From contig CM069162.1 in NCBI GenBank assembly GCA_035221665.1, forward strand, positions 24,862,001-24,926,000: a stretch of 64,000 bases of DNA, written 5' to 3'. The notes beneath the pieces were generated by a model that saw only the letters and a program-made list of their open reading frames with translations, did not search any database and was not told where the DNA came from. The DNA is from Okamejei kenojei. Taxonomy: Eukaryota. Positions 1 to 13,110 of this stretch are shown here, piece by piece. A program made the translations under genes and the position numbers. Position 1 is the stretch's first letter, and every line of letters starts with the position of its first letter.

Positions 1-1010
1 TAAGGGATTAAATACATTAAAGCTATTAAATGGATTTCCTCACTAACAGACCACAGTCTGTTAGGATCAACAACCTCACCTCCTCCACTATAACACTGGC
101 GTGCCACAGGGCTGTATGCTCAGTCCTCTCCTCTACTCTCTCTTCACCCATGACTGCATCCCTAAGTATGGCTCCAACGCCATCATAAGATTTGCCGACG
201 ACACCACGGTGGTAGGACTGATCAGCGACAACGACGAGTCAGCCTACAGGGAGGAGGTCCAGCACCTGACAACCTGGTGTGCCAATAATAACCTCGTCCT
301 CAACTCCCAGAAGACGAAGGAAATCAGTGTCGACTTCAGAAAGAACAGAGGGGGCAGACAACCCCCATCCATATAAATGGGACTGAGGTTGGAGCGGGTC
401 TCCAACTACAAATTCCTCGGGGTACACATCTCAGGAGGATCTGTCCTGGTCCCTCAAACACCTCCAAGTGATCAAAAAGGCGCAGCAGCGCTTTACTTCC
501 TGAGGAGGCTCAAAAAAGCCACCTGTCCCCCAGATCCTGACCAACTTTTACCGCTGTACCATGGAAAGCAATCCTGACCACCTGCTTTACGGTATGGTAC
601 AGCAGTTGCACCGTAGAGACAGGAAGGCACTACAACGGGTGGTGGAAAAAACCGCCCAGTAAAATCAATCGGTGCCCGCTCCCTGCTTGGATGCCCTCCA
701 CTGAAAACGGTGTCTGAGACGGGCCGGGAAGATCATCAAGGACCCCTCCCACCCTAACCATGGACTGTTTGCCCTCCTACCATCGGGGAGGCGGTACAGG
801 AGCCTCAGGTCCCGCACCAGCAGGATGAGGAGTAGCTTCTATAATAACACCATCGCACTGCTGAACTCGGAGTCCCGCCGATAGATTTCCACATCTGTAT
901 TTATTTATCTGTATTTATCTATATATTGCTATCACTTCGTACTGTCACTAAACTGCATTTCGTTGTACCCATACTTGTATCTGTGCAATGACATTAAAGT
1001 TGAATTGAAT
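1..1010 (+). mobile_element. Rex1/Babar-type LINE, 3' part (RT domain), frameshifted
   Basis: GVPQGCMLSPLLYSLFTHDC...RFADDTTVVGLI...KTKE RT motifs; 3' end ATTAAAGTTGAATTGAATT. Confidence 0.88.
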
Positions 1011-1077
1011 TAGAGGCCTTTGCATTGCTACATCCCTGTCCCCAATTAATTGTCATATTTGTATCCATGATTACAGG

Positions 1078-1222
1078 TCCATAAGACATAGGAGCAGAAT
1101 TAGGCCATTCAACCCTTTGAGTCTGCTCTGCCATTCGATTATGGTGAATCTATTTTTCCCTCTCAATCCCATTCTCCTGCCTTTTCCCCGTAACCTTTGA
1201 CAACCTTACTAATCAAGAATAC
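1078..1222 (-). mobile_element. CR1/HER1 3'-tail fragment
   Basis: acataggagcagaattaggccattc... tail shared with many copies in the window. Confidence 0.75.
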
Positions 1223-3939
1223 TATCGAAATAGAGGTCACTACCTAAAAAGTTATGAATCAAATTCCTGAATTAAAATGTCCAGATAACTCCTGTCCCTT
1301 TAATTTTCTGATGGCTAAAGCTCAGACTTCATCCTACAATATGCAGCTTACTGCAGATGTGATTGCTAGGAATCTGTGGTTTCCACAAACCTCTGCATGT
1401 TACAATTACAAAACATCACCATAAAACTTTGGTTCATATTTTCAAACAATTATGTTTTACCATTATATAAACTCATAGTACATAACTGACTTTCAGCATA
1501 CTGCATGTTTTTTTTCTAAAAGACCAAGCATGAAAGAAAATTGACAAAATGTCAATACTTACTGCCTAAAGCATCAATGAACCTTTAGTGTTTGAGGCAA
1601 ACTGCACCAGCTCCTTTCTTCTGAACCCAATTCACATGTTGCCATTATCACTAAGGGGGAAATTGCACACTGCGCAAATCAACATAATCGATCCGAAACA
1701 TCGCCTATTTCCTTCACTACATAGATGCTGCTTCACCCACTGAGTTTCTCCAGCATTTTTGTCTACCTAACCTTTATACTTGAGACGTTCTACAGTCACT
1801 TAAGTACTGACTGAATCCCAGCTGAAAGTAATTACTACCTTTATCAGGCAGTAAAAGCCTTTATCAGTTACAGCTGACTATCTGATTAACTTAACAGCAA
1901 TTAGCAGGCGGTCTGATTACTAATTAAAACCCTATCAGAAATTGATGTTTTAAATTAAACTAAATTTCAAAATAAGACTTTTCACCCACCAATTCCCATG
2001 CCAACATAAATCTTGACTTTGGCCCACTTTTAAAGTTGCACGCGAACAGTTTCAATAGCACAACCAAAACTGTTCCAGTGGCAGAAAGGTCAGTAACAGG
2101 AGGCTCAGATTTAAAGTTACTGGCCAAAGATGGCATAAGGTCTCTAACTGAGAAGGTTGGCAGGAGATCAAATTGTAATATTCCAGACAAAATTGGATAA
2201 AAACATGGAACGGGAATACAGTAACTGTCCATGGTGTAAATTGAACAAATTTAACGAGGAAGCCAGTGTAGGCAGGTGGAGCCAAATGACCTTGTATTGA
2301 ATCAAGCTTTGAGTCTATATTGCAACAAGGGGTAAACGCTTCAGGGTTGAAGTGGAAGGGACAGGGCAGGGTACGAGGAGGACACGTGAAGAATAAAAAA
2401 ATAGAACTTTGTTACAGATTGATTGTTTTAGAGATGGTTATCTTACTGCAAAAATATTGCGATGTTAAAGAATACGCAATTATTCTGGACCATGATTTGG
2501 TGGATCTGTAATGCCTGGGTCAAAATGGTAGTTGCAATATTGGATTGGGCAAAGGGTGTATTTTATCCTTTATTCCCCAATTAGTCCTCTTATTGCCTCA
2601 TCAAATCTCTGGGAGCAAAAGAGAAACAGGCATAAGATATTCATTTCTGAAGTGCAATTACATAATTTGGTTGCTGACAATTTACTTTGAAGGACAGAAC
2701 TACCGGTGTTTTATTGTTGGAAAATAAGACAATTGTTTTAAGCATGGAGGAACAGTCCCTAAACACCACAGGGTAAATGTTTGTTTATTAGGCAAGGGAG
2801 AAATGTTGACTGAGATGTGAGGTGAAGTTGCCCCTCCCCCCATCGCCAGGTTTTAAGAACATTGAAGACACCCGAGTAAAATGAACCTTGACGTTACGTG
2901 TCATCGCTCGACTGCAGGCAGCATTGCGTTTGGCTCCGGGTGGAAGGGCCTGATTGTTCAGCATGGAACAAAACTAAGTAGAAGCAGGGGAAGATTCAAT
3001 TCTATGATATAAAAGTTCGATAGTTCTTTAAATGTTCAATTCCCAATCTATCCAATATCTTTATTGTATGATTTTGTCAAAACAGCCCATGGAGTGATAG
3101 CATTTACATAGTCAGCAGCATATACATTCACACGGATCCTGATTATAATAGATTCATGCATAGTTCAGTCAAGAGCCACTGCTTATTTTTTTTTATATCT
3201 ACAGTCCTACACGTTTTTGACAGTTAGAACTAAATTCTGATTCTTGCAATAATGATCACATTGTTATCGTTGCATATATACAGCCGGTTGCCTGGCCACA
3301 ATATTCTATTGTGCCATAAGATTATGTTACAATATTAGTTTATTCTATTTCTTCAAATGAACATCTCCAGCAGTTAATAGGTGTAAGCATCAGAGATGCC
3401 TTCCGAGAAGTCTCTGAGCCTAGGGCCAATTTGATGAATATAACATACACAGTAGTGTGCAGCTTTGGAACCCCACAGCACTTATTTTGGGGGCTTGGGC
3501 AATCCTTGTTGATTTGGTTTCCTATGAAGCAGTTAGATTACAGTCAAACCTGCTATAGGCAGTTTCCAGCAGAGTGCCATAGATTATATTCTTGATCAAC
3601 CAAACTCGATATCCAGCAGTAGCTCTTTAAAATAATGAGTGCAGAAAAGTTATGGCATCACGGCAAACCAATCAAATCTGTGACATTTTGGAATTCCAGG
3701 AAAAAATAAAAATTTAAAATTAGCAAAGGTAACAGGCAGTCCACGGAACCAGCTATGCCTTGCCAGCACTGGTTTGTGGCTCTTTTTTTTTTCCTTTTTG
3801 ATCCTTTTCTGTTGCATCAGGAACTTGAAGTTTAATTCCTTCATCAGACGCGTACTGATATTAAATTCAGTTATAGCTTGAGCAGGCAAAGAAGTTTGCT
3901 TTTGAAATGATAACAGTCCAGAATAATTGCAATTCCTTA

Positions 3940-4029
3940 TTAGGACCGATAATCCTTTTTGCTGTATGGCTTGTTTCCCAGGATACTATCGATCTCATGA
4001 ACAATTGATGAGGATAACTTTGGAAGAAC
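3940..4029 (-). CDS. KCNAB2: KCNAB2 last coding exon [29 protein letters not shown]
   Basis: 90 nt after a cag acceptor; TAA stop at 3942-3940 followed by a second TAA; exon lengths sum to 1197 nt (1242 with cassette). Confidence 0.97.
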   Translation of the reverse strand, partial: VLPKLSSSIVHEIDSILGNKPYSKKDYRS

Positions 4030-4299
4030 CTGTTGGAGAGAAAGGATATCCATAATGTATTGTAGTTTATACCAGAGCCCTGTGGTCACAGTGAAACTGC
4101 TTTCTATGCAAACTTGGTGCAGATTAATAATAATGGTTTGGGGAAGATTTTCAGATTAGTATAGCGTTGTAGAATAGTAAACCAGGGGTAGGGTATTCCT
4201 CCTTCTCCCCAGAGGTGCTGCCTGTCCCGCTGAGATACTCCAGCTTTATGTGTCTATCTATGGGATATAAACGTCAGGTTGACATGAAATATCTGGCAA

Positions 4300-5430
4300 C
4301 TCTTTGACCTCTGTCAGAAGGTTGTTGGCTCAAGTTGCACTGCAGAAACCTGAGCACAGAAATCTCAGTTGATGTTCAACTGCAGGCCAAAGGCAGACTG
4401 TTCACGGTGCCAGCTTTCGCTGTTACATTGAAGCCCCCTTCCCCAGCTGGGTAGTTAAGATCCGATGCCACAATTTCAGAGAGCAGGAGAATCATCTGAC
4501 CAATATGGTCAGAGAGCAGGAGAATCATCTGACCAAATGGTAGGGAATTGAGGAATGCTGTGGAACAGAGGGATCTAGGAATAACTGTGCATAGTTCCCT
4601 GAAGGTGGAATCGCATGTAGATAGGGTGGTAAAGAAAGCCTTTGGTGTGCTGGCCTTTATAAATCAGAGCATTGAATATAGGAGTAGGGAAGTAATGTTA
4701 AAATTGTACAAGGCATTGGTAAGACCAATTCTGGAGTATGGTGTACAATTTTGGTCGCCTAGTTATAGGAAGGATGTCAACAAAATAGAGAGAGTACAGA
4801 GGAGATTTACTAGAATGTTGCCAGGGTTCCAGCAACTATGTTACAGAGAAAGGTTGAACAAGTTAGGTCTTTATTCTTTGGAGCGCAGAAGGTTAAGGGG
4901 GGACTTGATTGAGGTCTTTAAAATGATGAAAGGGATAGACAGAGTTGACGTGGATACGTTTTTCCATTGAGGGTAGGGAAGTTTCAAACAAGAGGGCATG
5001 ACATGAGAATTAAGGGACAGAGGTTTCGGGGTAACGTGAGGGGGAACTTCTTTACTCAGAGGGTGGTGGCTGTGTGGAATCAGCTTCCAGCAGAAGTGGT
5101 GGAGGCAGGATCGATTTTAACATTTAAGAGTAAAGTGGATAGGTATATGGACGTGAAGGGAATGGAGGGGTATGGTCTGAGTGCAGGTAGATGGGACTAG
5201 GGGAAAACAAATGGTCGGCACGGACTGGAAGGGCCGAGAGGGCCTGTTTCCGTGCTGTAATTGTTATATGGTTATATGGTTAATACTTAATAAAATAATA
5301 ACAGTAAAAACATTTTGGTCAATATTCATGTTTCAGTCAACATTATTTAAACAGATGAACGGATCATTATTAAATGTGTCTGTGGGAGCTTGCTGTATGC
5401 CAATGAATATTAGTTACACATTGAAATAGT
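4300..5430 (+). mobile_element. Old Deu-domain SINE (SacSINE1-like) interrupted by a CR1 insertion
   Basis: Deu-like segments taagatccgatgccacaatttcagagagcagg (5' of the LINE) and aaacagatgaacggatcattatt...gtgggagcttgctgt (3' of the LINE). Confidence 0.6.
4537..5281 (+). mobile_element. CR1 LINE, 5'-truncated, young
   Basis: ORFs 4548..4970 and 4967..5200 (RDLGI...LYKALVRPILEYGVQFWSP...RRRLRGDLIEVFK...NFFTQRVVAVWN); (GTTATATG)n tail. Confidence 0.95.
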
Positions 5431-5769
5431 TTAATTGCCTACTTAAGGAGATACATGCACCTTTTTAATTAGCCAGAGATAATAGCTCAAACTGCACAGT
5501 CTTGGTAATGGTGAATTAATAAAGATGGAAGAAAATGTTAGATTTATGTCAGTATTACTGATTCTACCAGCTTGTCATAAGCTTCTCTGGGCTACAGTCC
5601 TTTAAGACTGTGAACAAGAGAAAGATTACAGACTTAAAGGACTTTAAACGGTCCTTTAAAGAAGGACCTTTTCTTTAATGAAGCAAGTCTACTGATGCCG
5701 TAACCGGTCTGCCAGACAAGCCTCACGCGATCTCTAAAACTACTCTCTGAAACTGTCCAACAAGCCACA

Positions 5770-6900
5770 CTGTTGTACTAACTGGAAGATGAAGGTTAGT
5801 AGAAATAAAACCAGACAGAATACTCAGCTAGTATTGAGCTAGTTATTGGATGTGTACACAACAAAGCCATCTCTCTCAGTCGACCCTACAACGATTTCCT
5901 TGCTTATCTGTGGAATTTTGTGCCAAGCCAAAAATCTTGGACAGAGACTGCTGGATGCGACAACTGGAAGGCCTCGTCAACCACGATCCTGCGTTGACAT
6001 TAATGCCTTTCACTCCGTCTCACAGCTACCAATTCATGCTACCCATGCCACTGATCTTGACTGATAAAAGTTTACAAAAACATATCCCAATTCAATAATA
6101 ACAAGGGCTTGGGAGCAGATAGAATCCCCACAGGTTTTCAAACTGGGCAGTCTCAAACTCACGACATCAACCACATCTGGGCCGTCTCTTGCCCAAGGTA
6201 GACATCAATGATGAAATTCAACACCACCGTCAATGCGCCTGCATAGCCTGTGGTTGATTAAGAAAAGGATAGTTGAAGATCAAAGCCTCAGTCCTGGCAC
6301 CAGTCATATCCACAAGGCAACACTGACTTCCCATAAGCCTCTGATATCTGGACCATCCTCAGCTGGCATCTCAGTGGACTTGGGAAAGTGTTATCAACAC
6401 CATGTCTGCAAAATTCTCTACATCTATTGGATGGAGAAACAGACCAACGTCAGTGGCCTCTCCCAATCCAATGGACCCAGTATTGAGGCATGAGCTACAT
6501 TCTGTTGGCTATGTTGGGCCACATTGCTCGCATGTTTGACACTCAGATTCTCCATTCCAAGCTGTCATGGGAAAAGATGGCCAAGAAAATAGAGAAAATG
6601 ATTCAAGGATGTGTTTAAAGCCTTCTTTCATGTTATTTTCTTTCTTGAAGAAATACAACATTGTCCCTGACTCCCAGGAATCTCTGGCCCCTAATTGTTC
6701 AAGATGGCGAAGGATTATTTGGAATGGAATTGAGAATGTTGAGGTCATGCATCAGAAGCTTGCAGAGGTCCTGCACAAGTGACAGAAGGAGAAGGTCACC
6801 TCATTAACCACCTGTGTGCCCCACTTGCGTACGTGTGTCCAGTTCCCATGTAGGTGCTATCAGCCACCTCAGAACTGGAGTTGTAGATCATCCTCAATCT
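5770..6900 (+). mobile_element. Decayed RTE-clade LINE 3' part
   Basis: Remnant peptides YQHHVCKILYIYW..TNVS and RWRRIIWNG resembling the RTE C-terminus. Confidence 0.65.
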
Positions 6901-7294
6901 TGAGGAACTCCCTAAAAAGAGGTTCCACCACCAACTGCAAGCTCATATATAAAATTGAAATTTTGCATAGGAAAAAGTCTGAATTAAAGGGTACAAGATT
7001 GGAATAGTTGACTTGGAACCATTAAACTAATTTGGCCTTCAAATAACTGAACGATACAATATTATTTAATGACAAATAATAGACAAACATGTGTGTACTG
7101 TAAGTATATCTCATTGCAATCAATCTACATCTCCAAATTTTTGGATATTTTCAATAACGATAGTTATGGGGTTTTACTTACAGAAATTGACGACCTTAGT
7201 GATCAGCCAAAAGCAAAGGGTTTAAGGTACATATAACGGCCACTGTGTGTAATGAGATCAGCAATAGTTGCTTCGTTCAAGTGTCAATACTGAC

Positions 7295-7383
7295 CTGTAT
7301 TGCTCCAATGTTTTCCAAGAGTTGTTCAGTGTTAGAAGCTCCTACCAGAACAGAACTAACACCTTCATTTCTTAAACACCAGG
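7295..7383 (-). CDS. KCNAB2: KCNAB2 exon [30 protein letters not shown]
   Basis: 89 nt, cag|...|gtcagt. Confidence 0.97.
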
Positions 7384-8826
7384 CTGCAAGAAGAACAAGA
7401 AGACTAAATTATGAATAATGTATGCAAGATTCGAGTTATGGTCAATGGTACAACATAATTCTCTGATTAATAACTTCACTTTATTTGTTCCCACAAAATT
7501 AATGCACACTAGAATTAATAAAGCTAAACCGAATATAAAGCCTTATAACTTTTGCTGAGTAAAGAAATACACATCAGCAAAGTTTATCAGATCAAGTCCT
7601 GCAAATGTGCGTTGCTTAACTCAGCCAGCATTTTCATGTGAGGGTAAAGAAAGATTAGGTCCCAGATCCACAAATACCACTGTCAAAGGCCCCAAGATTG
7701 CTGTTTAATTCTCAGTTGTAAAAAGCTACATTTCTACTCCGAACATTAGTAAGCTTCTGGATGTTCCAGCTACCCCTGCGAACTCCACAAGCAGCATTAA
7801 GAGGCAGCACAGACACAGCTAGTATTTGTAGGGCAGATGATGCCACTGCTGCCTGTCCCACTCCACTATAGAATCTGAGCCTTCCTTGGTAATCGTAGCC
7901 AAGTACGGGGATTAAAATGGAAGTTCCCGACTATTATTACTCGCTGCTCTATCCGTTTGAATCTTTTTCCTAAGCAGTTTGCATAAATGCAAGTATTGAT
8001 CCAACATTGATAGCTGCAAACAGAGAAACAGAAAGTGCTGGCTGCAGATCTCTGGAGACTAAAATGGGAAGCCTTTCTCCGATCATTACTGTCCAGTACC
8101 AAAGAGAAACACTTTAAATGCATCATCACTGGAGGCTTCTGAAGGGATGTAAAGACATTTCTTTCAGTCATTTACCTCAATGATAAGACAGGTTTCCTTT
8201 GTTAAGTAAGTGTTTTGATTTTAAAAGAGCTTAGATGTAAGACTCTTTTGGTGTTGCTTTGAACCCATTATCTTTGCAATGGTGAAGATAACTGCTCAAG
8301 AGCTCAAGTGATCACCTAGATGCAGCAATGTTTGGTCTCTCACCTTCTCGTGACACTTGTTGATTGGTGTAGTTGTATTGATGAGAAGGAAGACTTGGAG
8401 AGGCAGGGAAATTAAACTTCGAGATTGAGCTCTTCCAACTCAGTGAGGAGAGCATCTCTTTTTCAGTTTGATTTTAACCAAACATCTTGCAAGTAAAGGA
8501 CCATCTAAGCTCTTCAATCATGACTGATTTCACCTAATGGCAGTAAAACATTTCTAAAAATCATTTTGCCTGATAAAATTTGTTCCGATTCAGTGTTCCA
8601 ATGAGGAATCTCACCTGAAAATAGAACAGATTGGGAACTAGAGCATGCTCTGCCTAACGTTCTAACTGTTAATCTAAGTGGTGGAACTCCAGTGCCCACA
8701 TTTCCTAATCCAAACGGATAAAAGGTGTAACAAAGTGTGGTACATCACCGTACTTACAGTAAAAAGGTGTCAGACAGTTGTAATTCCAATGCATTTTTTG
8801 TTCAGCCATTAAATTTAAATCCTTAC

Positions 8827-8947
8827 CTATTGCTAACTGAGGAAGGGTGCAACTCAGTCGCTCTGCAATGCCCTGGAGTTCTTTTAGTTTTCCTTGCTGC
8901 CGCCTGCCTTCCTCGGTCAGAATCTTATCCTTTAACCATTGGTAACC
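8827..8947 (-). CDS. KCNAB2: KCNAB2 exon [40 protein letters not shown]
   Basis: 121 nt, cag|...|gtaagg. Confidence 0.97.
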
Positions 8948-9456
8948 CTGTGAATACATAATAATTCAGCTCAGGTTTGTGCTCCAAAGTGACCTGGCAG
9001 CTGGAGCAGGTGAGGCAATTCATTCCATATCAGAACATTATAGTTGTACAACTGTTGGATAAATCAGTGAGGTAGCTATATTGTACATGAGGAGAGTAAT
9101 GCCCCCAAAATGAATTCTCCTCTGTATTACAATCAGTTCATTGATGTCCATTTTTACAGAAAGCAAATTACGTGTAACTTAGATGATTCCACTTCCGTAA
9201 ATTCATTTACATTAATTTCCATTTTGATTTTAAATATCTTTAAATGTCATATGAAAAGCTCTTTTATTGGTTAATAAAAACACAATACAATTTTAAAATA
9301 GTGGAGCAAAATAAATTAAATATAGACATTTGAATATCCCACCTGAATTTTATGCTGTGATTTTCCAGCCAGGGTAGAATGCTGAAATTGGCCTAACCCT
9401 CTAGATCACAAAAATACACTGGAACCAAGCAATATTTGTTCTTACACTTACTGTAC

Positions 9457-9551
9457 CTTTAAAGAAGCTCTAGAGTAAGGAGGAACACCTGCATCATACT
9501 TTCCAGAAATAATGCCACATGCCAAAGGAGACCAAGTCATTGCACCAACAC
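9457..9551 (-). CDS. KCNAB2: KCNAB2 exon (G)[31 protein letters not shown]
   Basis: 95 nt, aag|...|gtacag. Confidence 0.96.
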
Positions 9552-9931
9552 CTTCAAGAAGGAATGTGGCAAGAACAAAAGGGTTAGATACACTAAAAAT
9601 CACAGTTTTCCAGTAATACACCAAAGATAATGTTACTGCTAAGGATAGTTAGTAGCCATCCAATAATCTTACGCAGGTTCAGGACAAGGGCAATCAGTGA
9701 GGCTTTCACTCTTGCCATTTCCACTCGACAAACTATTCAGAAAGTATTAAAATTCAAACTAGCCATCAAAACACATTATTTGGTGTCCCGAGTAGTCGAA
9801 TGAGGTGCCTCAAATCTTTTACTATAGCTGGACGTACGCCACATAGGAATGGATGCAAAACTGGACAAGGGAAAGGCACAATTGGAAGCAAGAGTTTGTT
9901 GCGAAAATGTATCTGCCAAAAAAATATTTAC

Positions 9932-10052
9932 CGATCTTATGGAAGAGCTCTGGAAGCTGCACTTCGACTTTCTCTCTTTGGAAGAGGTGATATTCAGCTT
10001 GTTCACATATTGGGGGGATGAGATTAAATTGACGAGCCACTGAGTAAGCCTC
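9932..10052 (-). CDS. KCNAB2: KCNAB2 exon [40 protein letters not shown](G)
   Basis: 121 nt, cag|...|gtaaat; ELFHK is beta-2-type. Confidence 0.97.
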
Positions 10053-10745
10053 CTGCAGGACAGAGACAGTGAACATATGACAGAGTAATAAAAGAGATAA
10101 CTGTAACTCATCTTGGAAGAGGGTCCTTCATCAAAAATACTTTCAAAGGTATTCTCTTTGTTGCATTTGCCATGTTATTTCTCAGCAGTTTCTGTTCACT
10201 GCAAAAACCCAGACTACTGCTATAAAATACAAGGACATGTGAAAACTGTTTATGTTCATATATCACCTACATTTTAAATTGTTTTTAAATGTCATCAAAT
10301 CTCAAGAACATTTAAAATATTTTAAACTTTATGACCGGTTTCACAACTTCTCACCACTGAGGACACACAGAGGACTCTGGAGGATTAGGGGGCATAACAG
10401 ACTTTCCCCACAAGGCAAGTGCAGATAAGGGGGCCATCAGTGATGATCCCACACAGAGGCACTGAGCCAGCAAGATCTGGTCCAATAATATTTATATTTT
10501 CAGCAGGATTTGGAAAATATTATAATATACTGATTGGTTGTGAGATGGTTCATGGTGCAAATCTCAGCAGTCAGCAATATGCTGTGGTTACTTATTTATT
10601 ACAGCAAGATGAAACGGATTGCACACTCAGTGCTCGGTTTCAGGGAATCAATAAACTAAATGTTTTAACCTATGCTGATGGAATATCAAATTTGCACCAT
10701 GGTCTGGATTCACACTGAAGTACAAATGTGAGTTTATGCTTCAGT

Positions 10746-10990
10746 AGACAATAGACAATAGACAATAGGTGCAGGAGTAGGCCATTCGGCCCTTCGAGCC
10801 TGCAGCACCATTCAATGTGATCATGGCTGATCATCCTCAATCAGTACCCCGTTCCTGCCTTTTCCCCATATCCCCTGACTCCGCTGTCTTTAAGAGCCCT
10901 ATCCAGCTCTCTCTTGAAAGCATCCAGAGAACCTGCCTCCACCACCCTCTGAGGCAGAGAATTCCACACACTCACAACTCTCTGTGAGAA
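10746..10990 (-). mobile_element. CR1/HER1 3'-end fragment
   Basis: (AGACAAT)3 tail then aggtgcaggagtaggccattcggcccttcgagcc. Confidence 0.88.
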
Positions 10991-11029
10991 AGGAGAGAGG
11001 GAATGAACACAGTAATAGAGTTGTAGGTC

Positions 11030-11335
11030 ATAAGGGCTCTCAAGCCTGATTCACGATTCAATAAGATCATGACTGTTCCTCGACCTAAACTCCACTTTCC
11101 TGCTCAATTCCCTGACTTCCTAATTCCCTCAGTATTCAAAACCTATCAATCATTGGTTTGAATGCACTCGATGACCAAACCTTCTGGAGAAGAGAATTCC
11201 AAAGATTTACAACCTTCTGAGCAAAGACATTTATCCTCATCTAAATCTTGATTGACTGTGTGCTTATTCTGCGATTCAGACCTAAAGATCATGACCTTCC
11301 AGCTGCAGGAAATAGCTTCTTAACATCTCTTCAAG
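11030..11335 (-). mobile_element. Older CR1 3' fragment
   Basis: agagaattccaaagatttacaacc motif and related decayed tail. Confidence 0.6.
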
Positions 11336-11555
11336 TAAAGCATTGTGTCCAAATATAAAACTGTACAGATGAGTTCAGAATAAAGAAGCACCCTGATGAG
11401 ACAATTTCAGAACTGAATTCCAGGTGAAGGGCTGGATCCTACAATACAGGAAACTATTAAAGCCGAAGAAGGGGGGTCAGAAGCGGAGGTCATAATGAAT
11501 AGGCGGCATAATTGCTTCTGAAAAACGTCTGAAGTGTTCTGAAGCTTAAACCTAC

Positions 11556-11641
11556 CATGATTTCCATCGCACTCCACCGTGAGGTCCCCCAGTACATGGC
11601 CATTCCTTGGTTAATCACATGCGTCATTGCTCTCACTGTTT
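11556..11641 (-). CDS. KCNAB2: KCNAB2 exon (E)[28 protein letters not shown]
   Basis: 86 nt, cag|...|gtaggt; inside ORF 11490..11681. Confidence 0.97.
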
Positions 11642-12829
11642 CTGTTAGGAGAGAAAACGCGATTTCTTTATTTTTGGACAAAATGGCATAACCATGGCTG
11701 TGCCATACTAAGGGCGTGTATTGCTACTGGCTTCACAACAGGGATTTGGCCGCAAGACATCTTGCAAGCAGTGTACATCTGTCCTGCAACAGTGGAATGG
11801 TGAGGCATTCTGACCTTTTATTTTCCCTCAGAATTCCTTTTTATTGCTGGATTAATAAAGTAAATGGGAGATGGGTGTGTGTGATGAAAGTGACCCCTTG
11901 GATAAATGTATGGGTGGAAGAAATGGGGGGGAAAACAATAAAAGAAAGAATGAGCCAATTATTCTGACTTTCCTGCATCAGGCAAAAGAAACATGGTGAA
12001 AGCATGTACAATATTGAATAGAGGTGATAAGCATTGCCACTAAGTATTGGTAAAACTAAAAACAATGGGTTATCTGAGGATTGGCATGAACCAGGAGACA
12101 ACATCCCTTTTTTGAAGGCCTACCTACAATAGATTAATATCCAAATACCCAGTAATCCTCAAATCACATCAATCTCTTTGACCAGTGCAGATTTTAGATC
12201 TTGAAGAAGCAATCTTTTCTGAAATAGGCCATGGTACAGACACCGACCGGTCTTTCACTTCTGGAACTTGGATTAGTGTTCTGGCCACCTTTTTTTTGGG
12301 CGTAGATTCACAGCACAAAACTAACAATACATTGCTGAGCTCAATTAAGCTATTGAATGGTCAGTGTAACACATTTGAAAGTGCCTTGTTGGTTCAGTAT
12401 GAAATGCCCTTTTGAGCTTAAGCCCGAGGCAATGTTCATGGTCGAGTAACTCTTAACAATAACTGACCTAAAAACATTGTTTATAAACCGTGGTGACTTA
12501 AAGAGAAAATGCTCGACTGGCATCATTTACTTAGAGTAGAAGTAATCTAAACTTTGCAAGAGCAAATTTAAAAAAAAATCTAACACGCACGTTTTAACTA
12601 CATTTTGGAGTTTTCAAAAGTCAGCTCAGCAGGCTTATTTTTTTGTTGGTAAATGGGACATGGACGTCTCTTGTACCCCTTGAACTAAGTCTCAAAATGA
12701 GAAAGAAAATAGCCATTAAAAAAACTTCTCCTTTATGTGTAATGACCGTAAAAATGTAAGCAGCAAATACTGGGTTATGTTCTCCCCACTTTGCATTGCC
12801 AACTGAAAGGACAGGATTTCAGAATAAAA

Positions 12830-13110
12830 CGTTGATGGAAATTCACTGCGGGCTGCATCTTTTAGATGACACGTTAAACTGAAACTGATCTGCCATGTCA
12901 GTGGGAAGTGAAAAAGACATTGCACTATTTGGACAGAAATGCATTTGGCTAGTGCCTTGGACAGAATTTATCCCAGCTCCACCAGAAAACAGACTATTTT
13001 GTCATTAAAATCTTGCCGTGTACATTTTGGCCATCATGTTTGCTTCATACCAACATCAAAGCTTTAAAAATGATTAGAACAACTTTTGGACAACCGAAGA
13101 TAATGTATTT
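12830..13110 (+). mobile_element. Ancient Deu-domain SINE (SacSINE1/AmnSINE-like)
   Basis: tcttttagatgacacgttaaactg...aaaagacattgcactattt...atttatccc...aaaacagactattttgtcatt resembles the Deu-domain consensus. Confidence 0.65.

Noticed and set aside
1000-3939. KCNAB2 polyadenylation site
   Set aside because: Several minus-strand AATAAA candidates (about 3340, 3060, 2785, 2710); none can be chosen from sequence alone.
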